Assembly (NCBI GenBank): GCA_046350735.1
Contig: JAXLZU010000001.1
Location: 750,462-797,647, forward strand
Length of the DNA: 47,186 nucleotides
Reading direction: 5' to 3'
Source of the DNA: Candidatus Saccharimonadota bacterium
Lineage (GTDB): Bacteria > Patescibacteriota > Saccharimonadia > CAILAD01 > BJGX01
Translations under genes and position numbers: made by a program
The notes under the pieces: model-generated
Told to the model about the DNA's origin: nothing
Database searches by the model: none
What the model saw: only the letters and a program-made list of their open reading frames with translations
Part shown: piece by piece, positions 27,545 to 36,576 of the stretch
How the letters are laid out: each line of letters opens with the position of its first letter
How positions within the stretch are numbered: the first letter of the stretch is position 1

Positions 27545-27940
27545 ATGAAATGTGTATTTTGTAGCTCTACCAATACAAGCACTACCAACTCACGCTCTAC
27601 TCGGAGCCAAACTCAGACCTGGAGACGTAAGCATTGTAAGAAATGTAAGCGAGTATTTACTACCTTCGAAAAACCAGATATGAAGCACTTAGCTATTACC
27701 AAAGATAATTCTGCTTCTCCCTATCATCGCTCTCAGCTCTATATGAGTATCGCCCAGAGTTTTCAGGGTAATAATAGAGATTATTCGCTTATCGATATGT
27801 TGGTAGATACGGTAGAAATTAAACTACTAAAGCAAAAGGACACTACTATAGCTAGCAAAGAGCTGGCTAGACTAACCTTGGCAACTATTAAGCCCATAGA
27901 TAAAAAGGCATATCTTCATTATCTAGCCGAACATAGCTAA
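27545..27940 (+). CDS. nrdR: NrdR-like regulator (Zn ribbon plus divergent ATP cone)
   Basis: MKCVFC...NSR...WRRKHCKKCKRVFTTFE; C-terminal AYLHYLAEH. The likely start is ATG 27545. Confidence 0.75.
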   Translation: MKCVFCSSTNTSTTNSRSTRSQTQTWRRKHCKKCKRVFTTFEKPDMKHLAITKDNSASPYHRSQLYMSIAQSFQGNNRDYSLIDMLVDTVEIKLLKQKDTTIASKELARLTLATIKPIDKKAYLHYLAEHS

Positions 27941-27980
27941 TATAAAAAGCACCCCTTGGTGTGCTTTTTATATTAGCTAT
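27933..27980. terminator. Perfect 20-bp inverted repeat, bidirectional terminator
   Basis: ATAGCTAATATAAAAAGCAC-cccttggt-GTGCTTTTTATATTAGCTAT between convergent nrdR-like and rplY genes. Confidence 0.85.
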
Positions 27981-28001
27981 TGTGTCTACTTAACAAAATT
28001 G

Positions 28002-28691
28002 TTATTCGGCAGGTTTTTCTTCTGGGGTAGCTTCTTTAGATTCACCCTCGCCTTCAGCTTCAGGGGCTTCTGCACCTTCTTCGGCAGGCATTTCTTCTAC
28101 AATTTCCTCATTAAGAGCTTCTAGCTCTTCTTCTGAGCGTGGTGGATCTACCTTACAAACAAGCTCTTCGCCGTCATCTAGAATCTCAACACCTTCTGGA
28201 ACTTTAAGGTCTGAAATATGAATTGTTTTTTCGAAGTCATCAAGACCAGAAATATCTACTTCGATATTAGATGGCAACTTGGCTGGTAGAGTTTCTACCT
28301 CTACTTCTTCAATATTAGTAAGAAGTGTACCTTCGTCTTGGTAAACAGCTGGAGCATCACCCACAAAATGAATTGGTACAGAAGTACGAATAGCTTGGCT
28401 CATGTTTACCCGGTAAAAGTCGGCGTGAGTAATATCACCATTAATAGGGTCAGTAGCAATGTCTTGAATAAGAACATTGTCGCTAGCATCTTGGTCTATC
28501 TTAAGATCGATAATAGTATTATGACCAGCACGCGCATAAATTTTGGTAAATTCGTGCGCATTAACAGTTACTGCTTCTGGTTCTTTTTCTTGTCCATAGA
28601 CAATAGCCGGAACATCACCGGCTTTGCGGACAGTACGAAGTTTTTTCCCAAAAACCTCTCGCTTATGGGCTATAAGATTGATTTTTTCCAT
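28002..28691 (-). CDS. rplY: 50S ribosomal protein L25/Ctc
   Basis: RKAGDVPAIVYG, HADFY, VPIHFVG, acidic C-terminal tail. Confidence 0.96.
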   Translation of the reverse strand: MEKINLIAHKREVFGKKLRTVRKAGDVPAIVYGQEKEPEAVTVNAHEFTKIYARAGHNTIIDLKIDQDASDNVLIQDIATDPINGDITHADFYRVNMSQAIRTSVPIHFVGDAPAVYQDEGTLLTNIEEVEVETLPAKLPSNIEVDISGLDDFEKTIHISDLKVPEGVEILDDGEELVCKVDPPRSEEELEALNEEIVEEMPAEEGAEAPEAEGEGESKEATPEEKPAE

Positions 28692-28697
28692 AATAAA

Positions 28698-29078
28698 CTA
28701 AAAATAAGTGTGTAAATCTGTTGAATTATTAGACAAATAGAGGTGAAGGTTAGCAATTTCTGAGCCACTAATCTCGGCCGAACCACTAAACTTTGCTTTC
28801 TCGCCACGTTTTAAATCAGAGCGAAATCGTCGTCGTGGTGTAGCAGCAAAATTAGCTCGTGCACCATCAGCTTTGGCAGATTTTTCTATCTGACTCGCAA
28901 GCAGTACAGTGGCCAAGATTGGCAATGAGCAAGCCTGACAGGTAAGCTGCATAAAACAATGCTCATCTACGCGTCCTAAAAAAGCAATATCCTCGTTACG
29001 GTAATGTGCACCGCAAGAAGGACAGGTGTAAAAGACTTGTAGATTCTTAATTAACTCTTGAAGGTTCTTACCATTCAC
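28698..29078 (-). CDS. Hypothetical Zn-ribbon protein upstream of rplY
   Basis: CPSCG...H-C...CQAC motifs; GTG start; 6-nt gap to rplY. Confidence 0.75.
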   Translation of the reverse strand: MNGKNLQELIKNLQVFYTCPSCGAHYRNEDIAFLGRVDEHCFMQLTCQACSLPILATVLLASQIEKSAKADGARANFAATPRRRFRSDLKRGEKAKFSGSAEISGSEIANLHLYLSNNSTDLHTYF

Positions 29079-29102
29079 GTTTATTTGCCCTCTTACATAG
29101 AA

Positions 29103-29132
29103 ATACTAGCACATCTGGTGCCAAGGTGTCAA
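29103..29132 (-). promoter_or_regulatory. sigma70-type promoter for the Zn-ribbon gene and rplY
   Basis: Minus strand TTGACA-18 nt-TAGTAT. Confidence 0.6.
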
Positions 29133-30206
29133 TTATGGGAGCTGACTTTTATTCTGAGTCTTTCGACGGCGTAATAGCGTAAGAAGCAAGAATAATAACA
29201 TTATTAAGATAACAAGCGAGAAAATTGCTACCAACTTTTGCTCTGGAGAAGCAATAAGGGCAATACCACCAAATACGGCACATAAGGCGTAGATAAGCAG
29301 AGCCGCCTGGCGCTGTGAGAGACCGACATCAAGTAATAAGTGGTGTAAGTGCCCCCTATCCGCACTAAACGGTGAGCGACCCCGCAGAATTCGCCGTAAG
29401 GCAGCCCAGGTAGCGTCTATTATTGGCACGCCAAGTACCAGTGCTGCAGTAGCTAGCTTGGCACCCGAGAAGATTGCTAAGATGCCAAGAGCCATTCCTA
29501 AAAAATAGGCACCAGAGTCACCATTAAATATTTTTGCTGGATGAAAATTGTAGATAAGATAACCAAGACAACCACCAGCCAAAACTATGGCCACAACAGC
29601 AGTTTGGGGCTGATCTACTTTGGGCCCTATAGCCAGTGCAAACATTACAAAAGCAGCAATTGCAGCTACACCACCAGAAAGTCCATCTATTCCATCAACA
29701 AAATTCATAGTGTTGGTCATACCAACCAGCCAAATAGTTGTAATAATTACAGCAATAATATTTATTTGTATGGTGTGATGTAGAAGCGCAAAGGTAATAT
29801 GTGGATCAAAAGCTAATACTCCCTGAGTAAATGGGTTAGATAACCCCTCTATCTGTATACCAAATATAAAAATAGCTACAAATGCAGCTAAGACCTGAAC
29901 AATCAACTTGGTTGTTGCAGGCAAACGCTTAATATCATCTAGCAAGCCTACAGCCATTACAATGGTAGAAGCTGCAATTAGCCCCCAAAACTGCCACCAA
30001 TGCAAACCTATCAGGGCCAAATTAACAATTAGAAAACTTAAAAATATGGCAATTCCCCCGCCTCTAGCCATAGTCTTAGTGTGTATCTTACGGGCTATTT
30101 TACTTGGCTTATCTACAGCTCCTACTCTAAACGCAAAGCGCTTTACTAGCGGCACAAACAATGCTGCCAAAATAAGACTAACTGCAAATCCTACAAGATA
30201 TATCAT
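29133..30206 (-). CDS. MraY/WecA/TagO-family UDP-GlcNAc:undecaprenyl-P GlcNAc-1-P transferase
   Basis: GGGIAIF, GLLDD, NTMNFVDGIDGL, NFHPAKIFNGDSG, ADRGHLHH. Confidence 0.9.
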   Translation of the reverse strand: MIYLVGFAVSLILAALFVPLVKRFAFRVGAVDKPSKIARKIHTKTMARGGGIAIFLSFLIVNLALIGLHWWQFWGLIAASTIVMAVGLLDDIKRLPATTKLIVQVLAAFVAIFIFGIQIEGLSNPFTQGVLAFDPHITFALLHHTIQINIIAVIITTIWLVGMTNTMNFVDGIDGLSGGVAAIAAFVMFALAIGPKVDQPQTAVVAIVLAGGCLGYLIYNFHPAKIFNGDSGAYFLGMALGILAIFSGAKLATAALVLGVPIIDATWAALRRILRGRSPFSADRGHLHHLLLDVGLSQRQAALLIYALCAVFGGIALIASPEQKLVAIFSLVILIMLLFLLLTLLRRRKTQNKSQLP

Positions 30207-31867
30207 CGTTTCTTAACTGCCTTTTCTGTCACATAAAACCCAAGATATTTACCCAACATTAGACGTGTTTGTGCGTTTATTGCTGCAAAAGCCCCAAAGA
30301 CAATTGCGGTAATTGGTACCAATACCCACTGCAATACCATAAAGATCATCTTCCATTTAGGATAATGACTAGGACGTTTTGGAATCATAATAAAACTTAT
30401 CCAGATAGTTGTAAAGAGCCCTATTGTAGCCAGTGTAAGTATACGCGAAGCAATTACCGGTAGCTGGTGAGCAATAACGTTCTGTGAAAAGCTAGCGTTA
30501 AGATACAGCGGTGCCCAAGCTGCAAAGGTTAATATTAATGGTGCGGTAGACCAACTAAGATGGCCTTCGAGCAAGCGGCCTATCTGTATTAGTTTATCTC
30601 CTAGTGGAATATTCTTATTTTTTATAGAATTTTTTACAACATAAGGAAAATCAGATATACCATATGCCCAACGTTGCAACTGCTTAAACTGAGCAATGAA
30701 TGTGCGATGATAATTACTAGCCAGCACTGCATCTTGGTAGATAGGAACAAATAGAGGTTCTACCATGTAATCGCCGTTAAAGGTAAAGTAGCTACGGTAG
30801 AATTGATGTCCATCTTCTACTGGGCTAGTAAGCGACCAAAAATCGGTATCAATAAGAGCTGAGAGACCCTGAGCATGAGAAGCAAAGTTACGCAAACGCT
30901 GCTTACGAACGCTTTCTATCATCACCCAGAATGAGTTACCAACGGCTAATACACGCATAGGCGCAGGAACATCCCAGATATTATTAAAGTACAGAGCAAG
31001 TGGCTGAAAAGAGGTGTGACGGCGATTTGGGTTGATAGCGTAATGGTATGTTAGTGAGCTTAGATATTTCTTATGTACCTTATTATCACAATCTATTGTA
31101 GTAACCACAACATTATCAGGATCTATACCGGATTTAATAATATCTTTTAGTATGATTCGGGCCGCATGAGTAATATTTGGCCCCTTCCCTTTTATTTCTC
31201 CGGCGATACCATCAGGATGCTCGATACTACGATATTTGTAGAACTTGTCGGCATATTTTTCTTCGAGAAGCTTAGCTGTAGTCTTGGTGTCTGCTCCACC
31301 GCGTTCTTCATAAGCCAAGACAAAATACACTTTCTTCATAGAGAACTCAGAGTCGAGAATAGCCTTTAGGGCAGGTTCTACTATCTCTAGTGGCTCGTTA
31401 TACATTGGCATAATAACAAGATGATAAATTTCTTTGGGCTGCATAATAATATTTTCGTTACTAGCAAGTAACTGAAGACGCTCTACTTCAGACTTTAAGA
31501 AATCTAGCTCTAAGCGTCCTATTTTAGAATTAGGAGCCTGTTTTAGCTCGGCCTGTGCTTGTTCGAGACTAGCAGGAATATTACTTAGCTGCTGCAGACG
31601 CATGTTCCAGTCTCTATTCTCTGCTTCTTTAGTGCGGCGATAACCCAGAACCAACGCAAAACTCATTCTAATAGATTTCATTAACCACAAAAGATCGAAG
31701 GCAATAATAAAATAAGCTACAGCAATCGGAAAAACTAAACTCAGAATAATTGGACCAAGTAATATAGACCAAGTAAGCGCCCCAGGTATTATCTCGAGAA
31801 GTCGATAAAACCACCGACTATCGGCAAAAGTAACTGGCTCGATTGTAACTGGTTTGTTAGCTGCCAT
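30203..31867 (-). CDS. Membrane glycosyltransferase family 2 (processive type)
   Basis: MPMYNEP, KGKGPN, TTIDCD, EDG, and a QxxRW-like QLQRW motif; TM helices at both ends. Confidence 0.85.
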   Translation of the reverse strand: MAANKPVTIEPVTFADSRWFYRLLEIIPGALTWSILLGPIILSLVFPIAVAYFIIAFDLLWLMKSIRMSFALVLGYRRTKEAENRDWNMRLQQLSNIPASLEQAQAELKQAPNSKIGRLELDFLKSEVERLQLLASNENIIMQPKEIYHLVIMPMYNEPLEIVEPALKAILDSEFSMKKVYFVLAYEERGGADTKTTAKLLEEKYADKFYKYRSIEHPDGIAGEIKGKGPNITHAARIILKDIIKSGIDPDNVVVTTIDCDNKVHKKYLSSLTYHYAINPNRRHTSFQPLALYFNNIWDVPAPMRVLAVGNSFWVMIESVRKQRLRNFASHAQGLSALIDTDFWSLTSPVEDGHQFYRSYFTFNGDYMVEPLFVPIYQDAVLASNYHRTFIAQFKQLQRWAYGISDFPYVVKNSIKNKNIPLGDKLIQIGRLLEGHLSWSTAPLILTFAAWAPLYLNASFSQNVIAHQLPVIASRILTLATIGLFTTIWISFIMIPKRPSHYPKWKMIFMVLQWVLVPITAIVFGAFAAINAQTRLMLGKYLGFYVTEKAVKKR

Positions 31868-32240
31868 ATTTTATTGCGGTAAACCCAAGTAGTATGGCTA
31901 TAGCCAAAATTACCACCATTAATGCTGTAATTATAAGAAAGATAGAGATTATTCGGTTCTTTTTGTGAAGTAATGTTGCAAAAAATACATTAATAATACT
32001 TACGATAATTGCAATTGCCGGAATTTCGTACAATTGATACCACTTGCCTAGCTCATCAAAGTTAGTAAGGCTGGTAAATCTAATTGGTACGTCGATGTCA
32101 GTGACATGAATATGTGTAAGCGACCATATTACTAGAAAGATTAACCCACTTACTAGAAGAAAAAGTAACACCAAAAACCAGTTGTCTCGAAACAGCTTCT
32201 GGTCTTTTAATTCTTTATTGAGCTTTTTAAAAAAATTCAT
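31857..32240 (-). CDS. Small membrane protein (about 3 TM helices)
   Basis: Hydrophobic segments; overlaps the start of the GT2 gene. Confidence 0.75.
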   Translation of the reverse strand: MNFFKKLNKELKDQKLFRDNWFLVLLFLLVSGLIFLVIWSLTHIHVTDIDVPIRFTSLTNFDELGKWYQLYEIPAIAIIVSIINVFFATLLHKKNRIISIFLIITALMVVILAIAILLGFTAIKYGS

Positions 32241-32358
32241 AAGAGATCTATTCTTTCTTACCCGGCGGAATTTATAATTTCGCCGGAAGAGGAAGATTAC
32301 TGTGATTACTGAAGGTAAATTGATAAAATTTACCGAAAGTATAAACCGTAATCTGACG

Positions 32359-32434
32359 TGGAGCCGATGAGCGGGATCGAACCGCTGACCTACGCTTTAC
32401 GAAAGCGCCGCTCTACCAACTGAGCTACATCGGC
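32359..32434 (-). tRNA. tRNA-Thr(CGT)
   Basis: GCCGATGTAGCTCAGTTGG...GCGCT-TTCGTAA-AGCGT...GTTCGAT...CATCGGCTCCA. Confidence 0.97.
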
Positions 32435-32461
32435 AAAATTTATAACTCAGCTTTTAAGGTC

Positions 32462-32535
32462 TGGAGCGAATGATGGGAATCGAACCCACGTCTCAACCTT
32501 GGGAAGGTCACGTTCTGCCATTGAACCACACTCGC
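32462..32535 (-). tRNA. tRNA-Gly(CCC)
   Basis: GCGAGTGTGGTTCAATGG...TGACC-TTCCCAA-GGTTG...GTTCGATT...ATTCGCTCCA. Confidence 0.96.
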
Positions 32536-32648
32536 CTGATTAAAGATTAACAGATGTAAATGTAGCAAAAATACAAGGCACTTTTTTTATAAAAAGTACC
32601 TTGTATTATATCACACTTATTATGTTCTCTATCTGTTAGTAAAAATAC

Positions 32649-32888
32649 TTAGACAAGACGTTTACTGAGACGACGGCTTAGCTTCTGCCAGGCCTCGTAC
32701 TCGGTTATTTGACGTTCGTTTGGACTTAAGAAGAATGATGTACCAAAACGCGGTTTATTGCCCTGTGCAATTGCACGTACATCAATAACATTGCTACCGT
32801 CTAAAAATGGCACATGTTCGTGCGCGGCAACCACGCGAATTTTAATTTTTCTTGGTCTTGTAACCTGATAATAACTTAAGACTTGCAT
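32649..32888 (-). CDS. Hypothetical 79-aa protein
   Basis: AAGGAG SD, own promoter and a downstream hairpin at about 32563-32608. Confidence 0.65.
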   Translation of the reverse strand: MQVLSYYQVTRPRKIKIRVVAAHEHVPFLDGSNVIDVRAIAQGNKPRFGTSFFLSPNERQITEYEAWQKLSRRLSKRLV

Positions 32889-32977
32889 AATTTTATTTTT
32901 AACTCCTTAATTTCACAAACAAAATAAAAAACCTTGCACCCTCCAAATAGATTGGTACAAAGCTCTTTAACTCACCT

Positions 32978-33006
32978 ATAGTATCAAACTGATACTCTAT
33001 TGTCAA
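32978..33006 (-). promoter_or_regulatory. Near-consensus promoter with an internal dyad
   Basis: TTGACA-17 nt-TACTAT; AGTATCA-aac-TGATACT dyad at 32980-32996. Confidence 0.65.
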
Positions 33007-33092
33007 CGAAAATTGTTATGGTATGTATACTTGTATTTATTTAATAAATATAGTATTATATATTATTATTGCACCGTCCTCTGGGAGTAGAG

Positions 33093-33431
33093 ATGACAAA
33101 TAGATTGCTTGCTTTGGCCAATTTTATCTGTGCACTGTTGTTGGTTTTTGGTCAGTACTGGGCTGTTTTTGCGTTTGTAGGTCTGGCTCTATACCTAATG
33201 GTGGTTGGGCTAGGTTATAATGGAACGATACTTGTTTTCTCTGTTATGAATTTCTGCAGCTGTGGAGCAATTATGGTAGTTAGTATGGTTGCTCTATCGC
33301 AACCTAATGTTAGCCATCCCGAAACTATAGCATTTACTTTTCCTGCTCTCGTTACTTCTGTTGTTCTACTGGTTAGCTATTTAATAAATGATAAAGACGG
33401 CTCAGAAAAAGACACAACTACTCTCAGGTAA
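33093..33431 (+). CDS. Small multi-TM hypothetical protein
   Basis: GGGAG SD before ATG 33093; 3-4 hydrophobic helices; terminator ctctcaggt/acctgagag plus T7 at 33421-33452. Confidence 0.7.
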   Translation: MTNRLLALANFICALLLVFGQYWAVFAFVGLALYLMVVGLGYNGTILVFSVMNFCSCGAIMVVSMVALSQPNVSHPETIAFTFPALVTSVVLLVSYLINDKDGSEKDTTTLR

Positions 33432-33539
33432 CCTAACCTGAGAGATTTTTTTATCATTATTAATATCGACAACTATCCATATTGTGTATATGTTGTTTTT
33501 CTGTTAGAATAATCAGGTTAAAAACACCCATTTTTATAC

Positions 33540-33616
33540 GGGCTCGTAGTGAAGTGGTCTAACACGCCTCCCTGTCACGGAGGAGATCGCCGGTTCAAAT
33601 CCGGTCGGGCCCGCCA
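33540..33616 (+). tRNA. tRNA-Asp(GTC)
   Basis: GGGCTCGTAGTGAAGTGG...CCTCC-CTGTCAC-GGAGG...GTTCAAAT...GGGCCCGCCA; terminator at 33626-33650. Confidence 0.97.
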
Positions 33617-33947
33617 TAAAAAGAACGTCACCACAGGTGGCGATTTTTTTATGATTGGACTTGAATTTGAAACGGCAGTGTAACATGCCGGTTAGTCCGA
33701 ATAAGTCCGGCGCAATTCGAGCGCTACCTGGATCCTGCCAACTTATATTGACTATAGAAGCATTCAAATTTGTAATTAAGATCGTTAACCGTACTCTTCA
33801 TAATGCTGATGAAAACATGAATCCTTTACCCTCAAACACATAATTATTCTTCTACCCAAGCAACTGCTTGGGTTTTCTTATGCTTGAAATTCTTTACTGA
33901 AGACTTTATGATCAACTCATCACCCGCACCTTCAAGCTGGAGTAAAA

Positions 33948-34610
33948 ATGCCACATCTACTAGAAGAGACTGGACGGTTTTTTACAACCGACAATCTAGT
34001 TGGCAGAGATTTAGAAATAAATTTTCGCGGCAGCGGCACCTTATATCGAGGCCCTATACAGTTTGCTACTGTTATACACGAAGAAGGCCGTTTTGGCGTC
34101 CAGACAGAATTTATTGTTCTAACATTAGAATGGTTGGCCGTTCGATATAACCCAAGCAGATTGCCTTTGCGCTCTTCTATTACACCCAGTCCATGGGCTA
34201 AATATGATGGTAGTGAGTTGTTAACACAAAAAATTTGTCTTAATTATCTTCATCCAACATTTGCAGCAGATGGCGTAGCATTTCATGGCAACGGACACAG
34301 TATGCGCGTTTTAACTAATGGTGCACACCTTAGTAAGGACAGAATCTATGGTGAGTTTCATATTGCAGCCAGAATACGTCATTCACTTTATCCACCTCAC
34401 CCATTCGAGGAGATGCTGTGTGTTGGTACGGTTGAGAATGTTTCACCACTAGAGGTAAAGTCTCAGGCTGAGGTAGAAATTACCGAGATTACATTTGTTG
34501 TTTATGCAAAAAGCTATGAGGCAGCTTGCACCTGGGTAAGAGCCGAATGTGCTCGGTTAGAACTGCCAGTTATTTCTCTTAGAAAAAGTCATCTTGTACG
34601 TGGCTGGTAG
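33948..34610 (+). CDS. Hypothetical 220-aa protein
   Basis: TTGAAA-17-TATGAT promoter, GGAG SD, terminator at 34613-34640. No family recognised with confidence. Confidence 0.75.
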   Translation: MPHLLEETGRFFTTDNLVGRDLEINFRGSGTLYRGPIQFATVIHEEGRFGVQTEFIVLTLEWLAVRYNPSRLPLRSSITPSPWAKYDGSELLTQKICLNYLHPTFAADGVAFHGNGHSMRVLTNGAHLSKDRIYGEFHIAARIRHSLYPPHPFEEMLCVGTVENVSPLEVKSQAEVEITEITFVVYAKSYEAACTWVRAECARLELPVISLRKSHLVRGW

Positions 34611-34733
34611 GTATCCTCTCTATACTTGAGAGGATTTTTTATCGAATAAAATATGTATACAAAAACAGGCTCGAGATGTATTCTCGAGCCTAAGTGTTCA
34701 AAAGATATCATTTACGCCTACTTAACAGGTAAA

Positions 34734-35372
34734 TTAGTACTCTTTTGTACTTTCTACCTGGCTATTGCGTATATCTTGGCGAATAATAATTGATACTCGC
34801 TCACCATGAACTGGTGGGTTTACCGCATGCCAAGGTCTGTCGTCTCTCTCGCAAAACCCTGGCCCACGCAGCAACATAAGACTACCCGGGCCAGCCTGCC
34901 ATATCTTTGGGGTACGATTTTCGGGGTCGTCGCCATAGAATTCAAGCGTACAGCAGCCCCTGGTGGTAACCCCCACTATTAGAAAGAGATCGTGACTATA
35001 ATCGCGATGCCGGCCAATACCGCTACTCTCATCGCTATATCGCCACACATTTACGTCATCTGGATAGAAAAGATGGTTATGTGCCCTTGGTACAGAGGCT
35101 GCACGAATTTGCCAACCAATATATTCCACCAGTTCTCTTAGGTGCGGTATAGCAACCTTAGTATCGTATATTCTAGCCCTAAAATCTCTATGACGCTCAT
35201 ACACCTTTGCCTCATCACTAGACTGATATTGGCCATACTCAAGCCCATCAAGCTCTTCATTAAGATAGTCTAAGTACTCTCTAGTGAAGGCCTCGGGTAC
35301 AAATGTACCACCAAAGGTAACTACATCGCTAAGCAGATAATCAAGATTGAGCCCAGGGCGGAAGATTTCCAT
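34734..35372 (-). CDS. 2-oxoglutarate/Fe(II)-dependent dioxygenase (AlkB-like fold)
   Basis: HxD (IGRHRD), distal His (PWHAV) and RVSIIIR. AAGGAGG SD before ATG 35372. Terminator at 34661-34691. Confidence 0.82.
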   Translation of the reverse strand: MEIFRPGLNLDYLLSDVVTFGGTFVPEAFTREYLDYLNEELDGLEYGQYQSSDEAKVYERHRDFRARIYDTKVAIPHLRELVEYIGWQIRAASVPRAHNHLFYPDDVNVWRYSDESSGIGRHRDYSHDLFLIVGVTTRGCCTLEFYGDDPENRTPKIWQAGPGSLMLLRGPGFCERDDRPWHAVNPPVHGERVSIIIRQDIRNSQVESTKEY

Positions 35373-35571
35373 TGTTGCCTCCTTTGAGTTTGGCACAGAG
35401 TTGGTCCCAACAATTGGGATGTATAAGGTAACTACGCTTGCGCACCCTATCTACCAATGGTTCGAAAATCTGGTCTGACTCAAAAGTATGTCCACAGCCA
35501 GAACAGACTTCGCATTGAATAGCCGGGTAGTCGGCTACCTTTACATGTCCTTCACTTTCTATGATATTCAT
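35341..35571 (-). CDS. Small Cys-rich (Zn-ribbon-like) protein
   Basis: CEVCSGCGH and HPNC...C. Start is coupled to the upstream stop (ATGA). Confidence 0.6.
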   Translation of the reverse strand: MNIIESEGHVKVADYPAIQCEVCSGCGHTFESDQIFEPLVDRVRKRSYLIHPNCWDQLCAKLKGGNNGNLPPWAQS

Positions 35572-35978
35572 ATCCCCTCCTTTAGTAGGCCTTCTAGCTC
35601 AGATGTAGCAACTGCCAATTTATTACGCAAACTTCTCAGGTTTTCTTCGAGAGAAGCTCGCTCATCGGCTGTCTGTTTTACACTCTTTAGGCGAGCCTCT
35701 CGTTTAGCTAATGCGGCTCTCCAGCGCTCAGCTATTGCCTCCTCAGCATCAATCTCAGATTGCCGGCGCTCGGTGTAAATAATCAGCTTAACAGGTGGCG
35801 GTGGCTTACCTTCGTCTTGGTCGTAGCCAGAACCATGTATTAAAGTTATGCGACCTTTCGGTGCAATAGCCCTAATAAAAGCCTCAAACTCACCTATACT
35901 TTCCCAGCGAAGATCTCTGGCTACATCGACGTTAAGCTCGGTTTCTACAGATTGACTAACCAACCTGTCTTCAGTCAT
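35568..35978 (-). CDS. Hypothetical protein with C-terminal coiled coil
   Basis: Translationally coupled to both neighbours; heptad-rich C-terminal half. Confidence 0.72.
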   Translation of the reverse strand: MTEDRLVSQSVETELNVDVARDLRWESIGEFEAFIRAIAPKGRITLIHGSGYDQDEGKPPPPVKLIIYTERRQSEIDAEEAIAERWRAALAKREARLKSVKQTADERASLEENLRSLRNKLAVATSELEGLLKEGI

Positions 35979-36360
35979 TGTTATGCTCCTTTTGGTGTTG
36001 TGCCAGCTTGGCTTCTGCTAGGGCTACCTGTTCTGCCAAACGAGCAGTTTCCTCTTGCAGATCAACAATACGGCCACCCCGAAACCGACGCTCATCCGCC
36101 TCTGCAGCTGCCTGGCGCTTTACTTCTTCTATGCGCTTAATGTTGCGCTCTACTAGCAGCTCTTTAAAGGTCTTGTATCGCCAACCTTTAAAGCAAATGC
36201 CATACCAGTCACACCAATAGACATCATCCATTCCACCACCCACAAAAGATAGATAGATATAAAAGTCATTCAGCTCGCTACTGGCTTCTTGTAATATCTT
36301 TAGCATCGTCTCAAAATCGCAATTTCTATCCACCCTCTTGCTGACGAATATTTTGTTCAT
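35971..36360 (-). CDS. Hypothetical protein with C-terminal coiled coil
   Basis: AGGAGG SD; first gene of the four-gene operon. Confidence 0.75.
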   Translation of the reverse strand: MNKIFVSKRVDRNCDFETMLKILQEASSELNDFYIYLSFVGGGMDDVYWCDWYGICFKGWRYKTFKELLVERNIKRIEEVKRQAAAEADERRFRGGRIVDLQEETARLAEQVALAEAKLAQHQKEHNND

Positions 36361-36576
36361 CTTTCTACCTCCTAGTTGTTAAGGTGCCCGCGGGTAACAA
36401 AAAACTGCCCGCGAGGGCAGCTTCTATATCTATTGATATTACGAGTTACTAAAAACCACCCTCCCAAGCAATTTTTAGGCTGTTAACAAACGATGACCAA
36501 GTTGTATGATGTTTATTCAGTAACATTGTTTTAACTCTTATGGTTTTATAGTAACAAGACAAAATCTCTTTGTCAA
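36361..36576 (-). promoter_or_regulatory. Promoter, 25-codon leader ORF and intrinsic terminator ahead of the operon
   Basis: TTGACA (36576-36571)-17-TACTAT (36553-36548). Leader ORF at 36526-36449. Terminator ctgccc-tcgc-gggcag-T6 at 36420-36399. Confidence 0.6.

Noticed and set aside
32315-32335. GGTAAATT-gataa-AATTTACC palindrome as a dif or att site
   Set aside because: It lacks the dif core and 6-bp spacer, and is more simply a hairpin or operator downstream of the tRNA pair.
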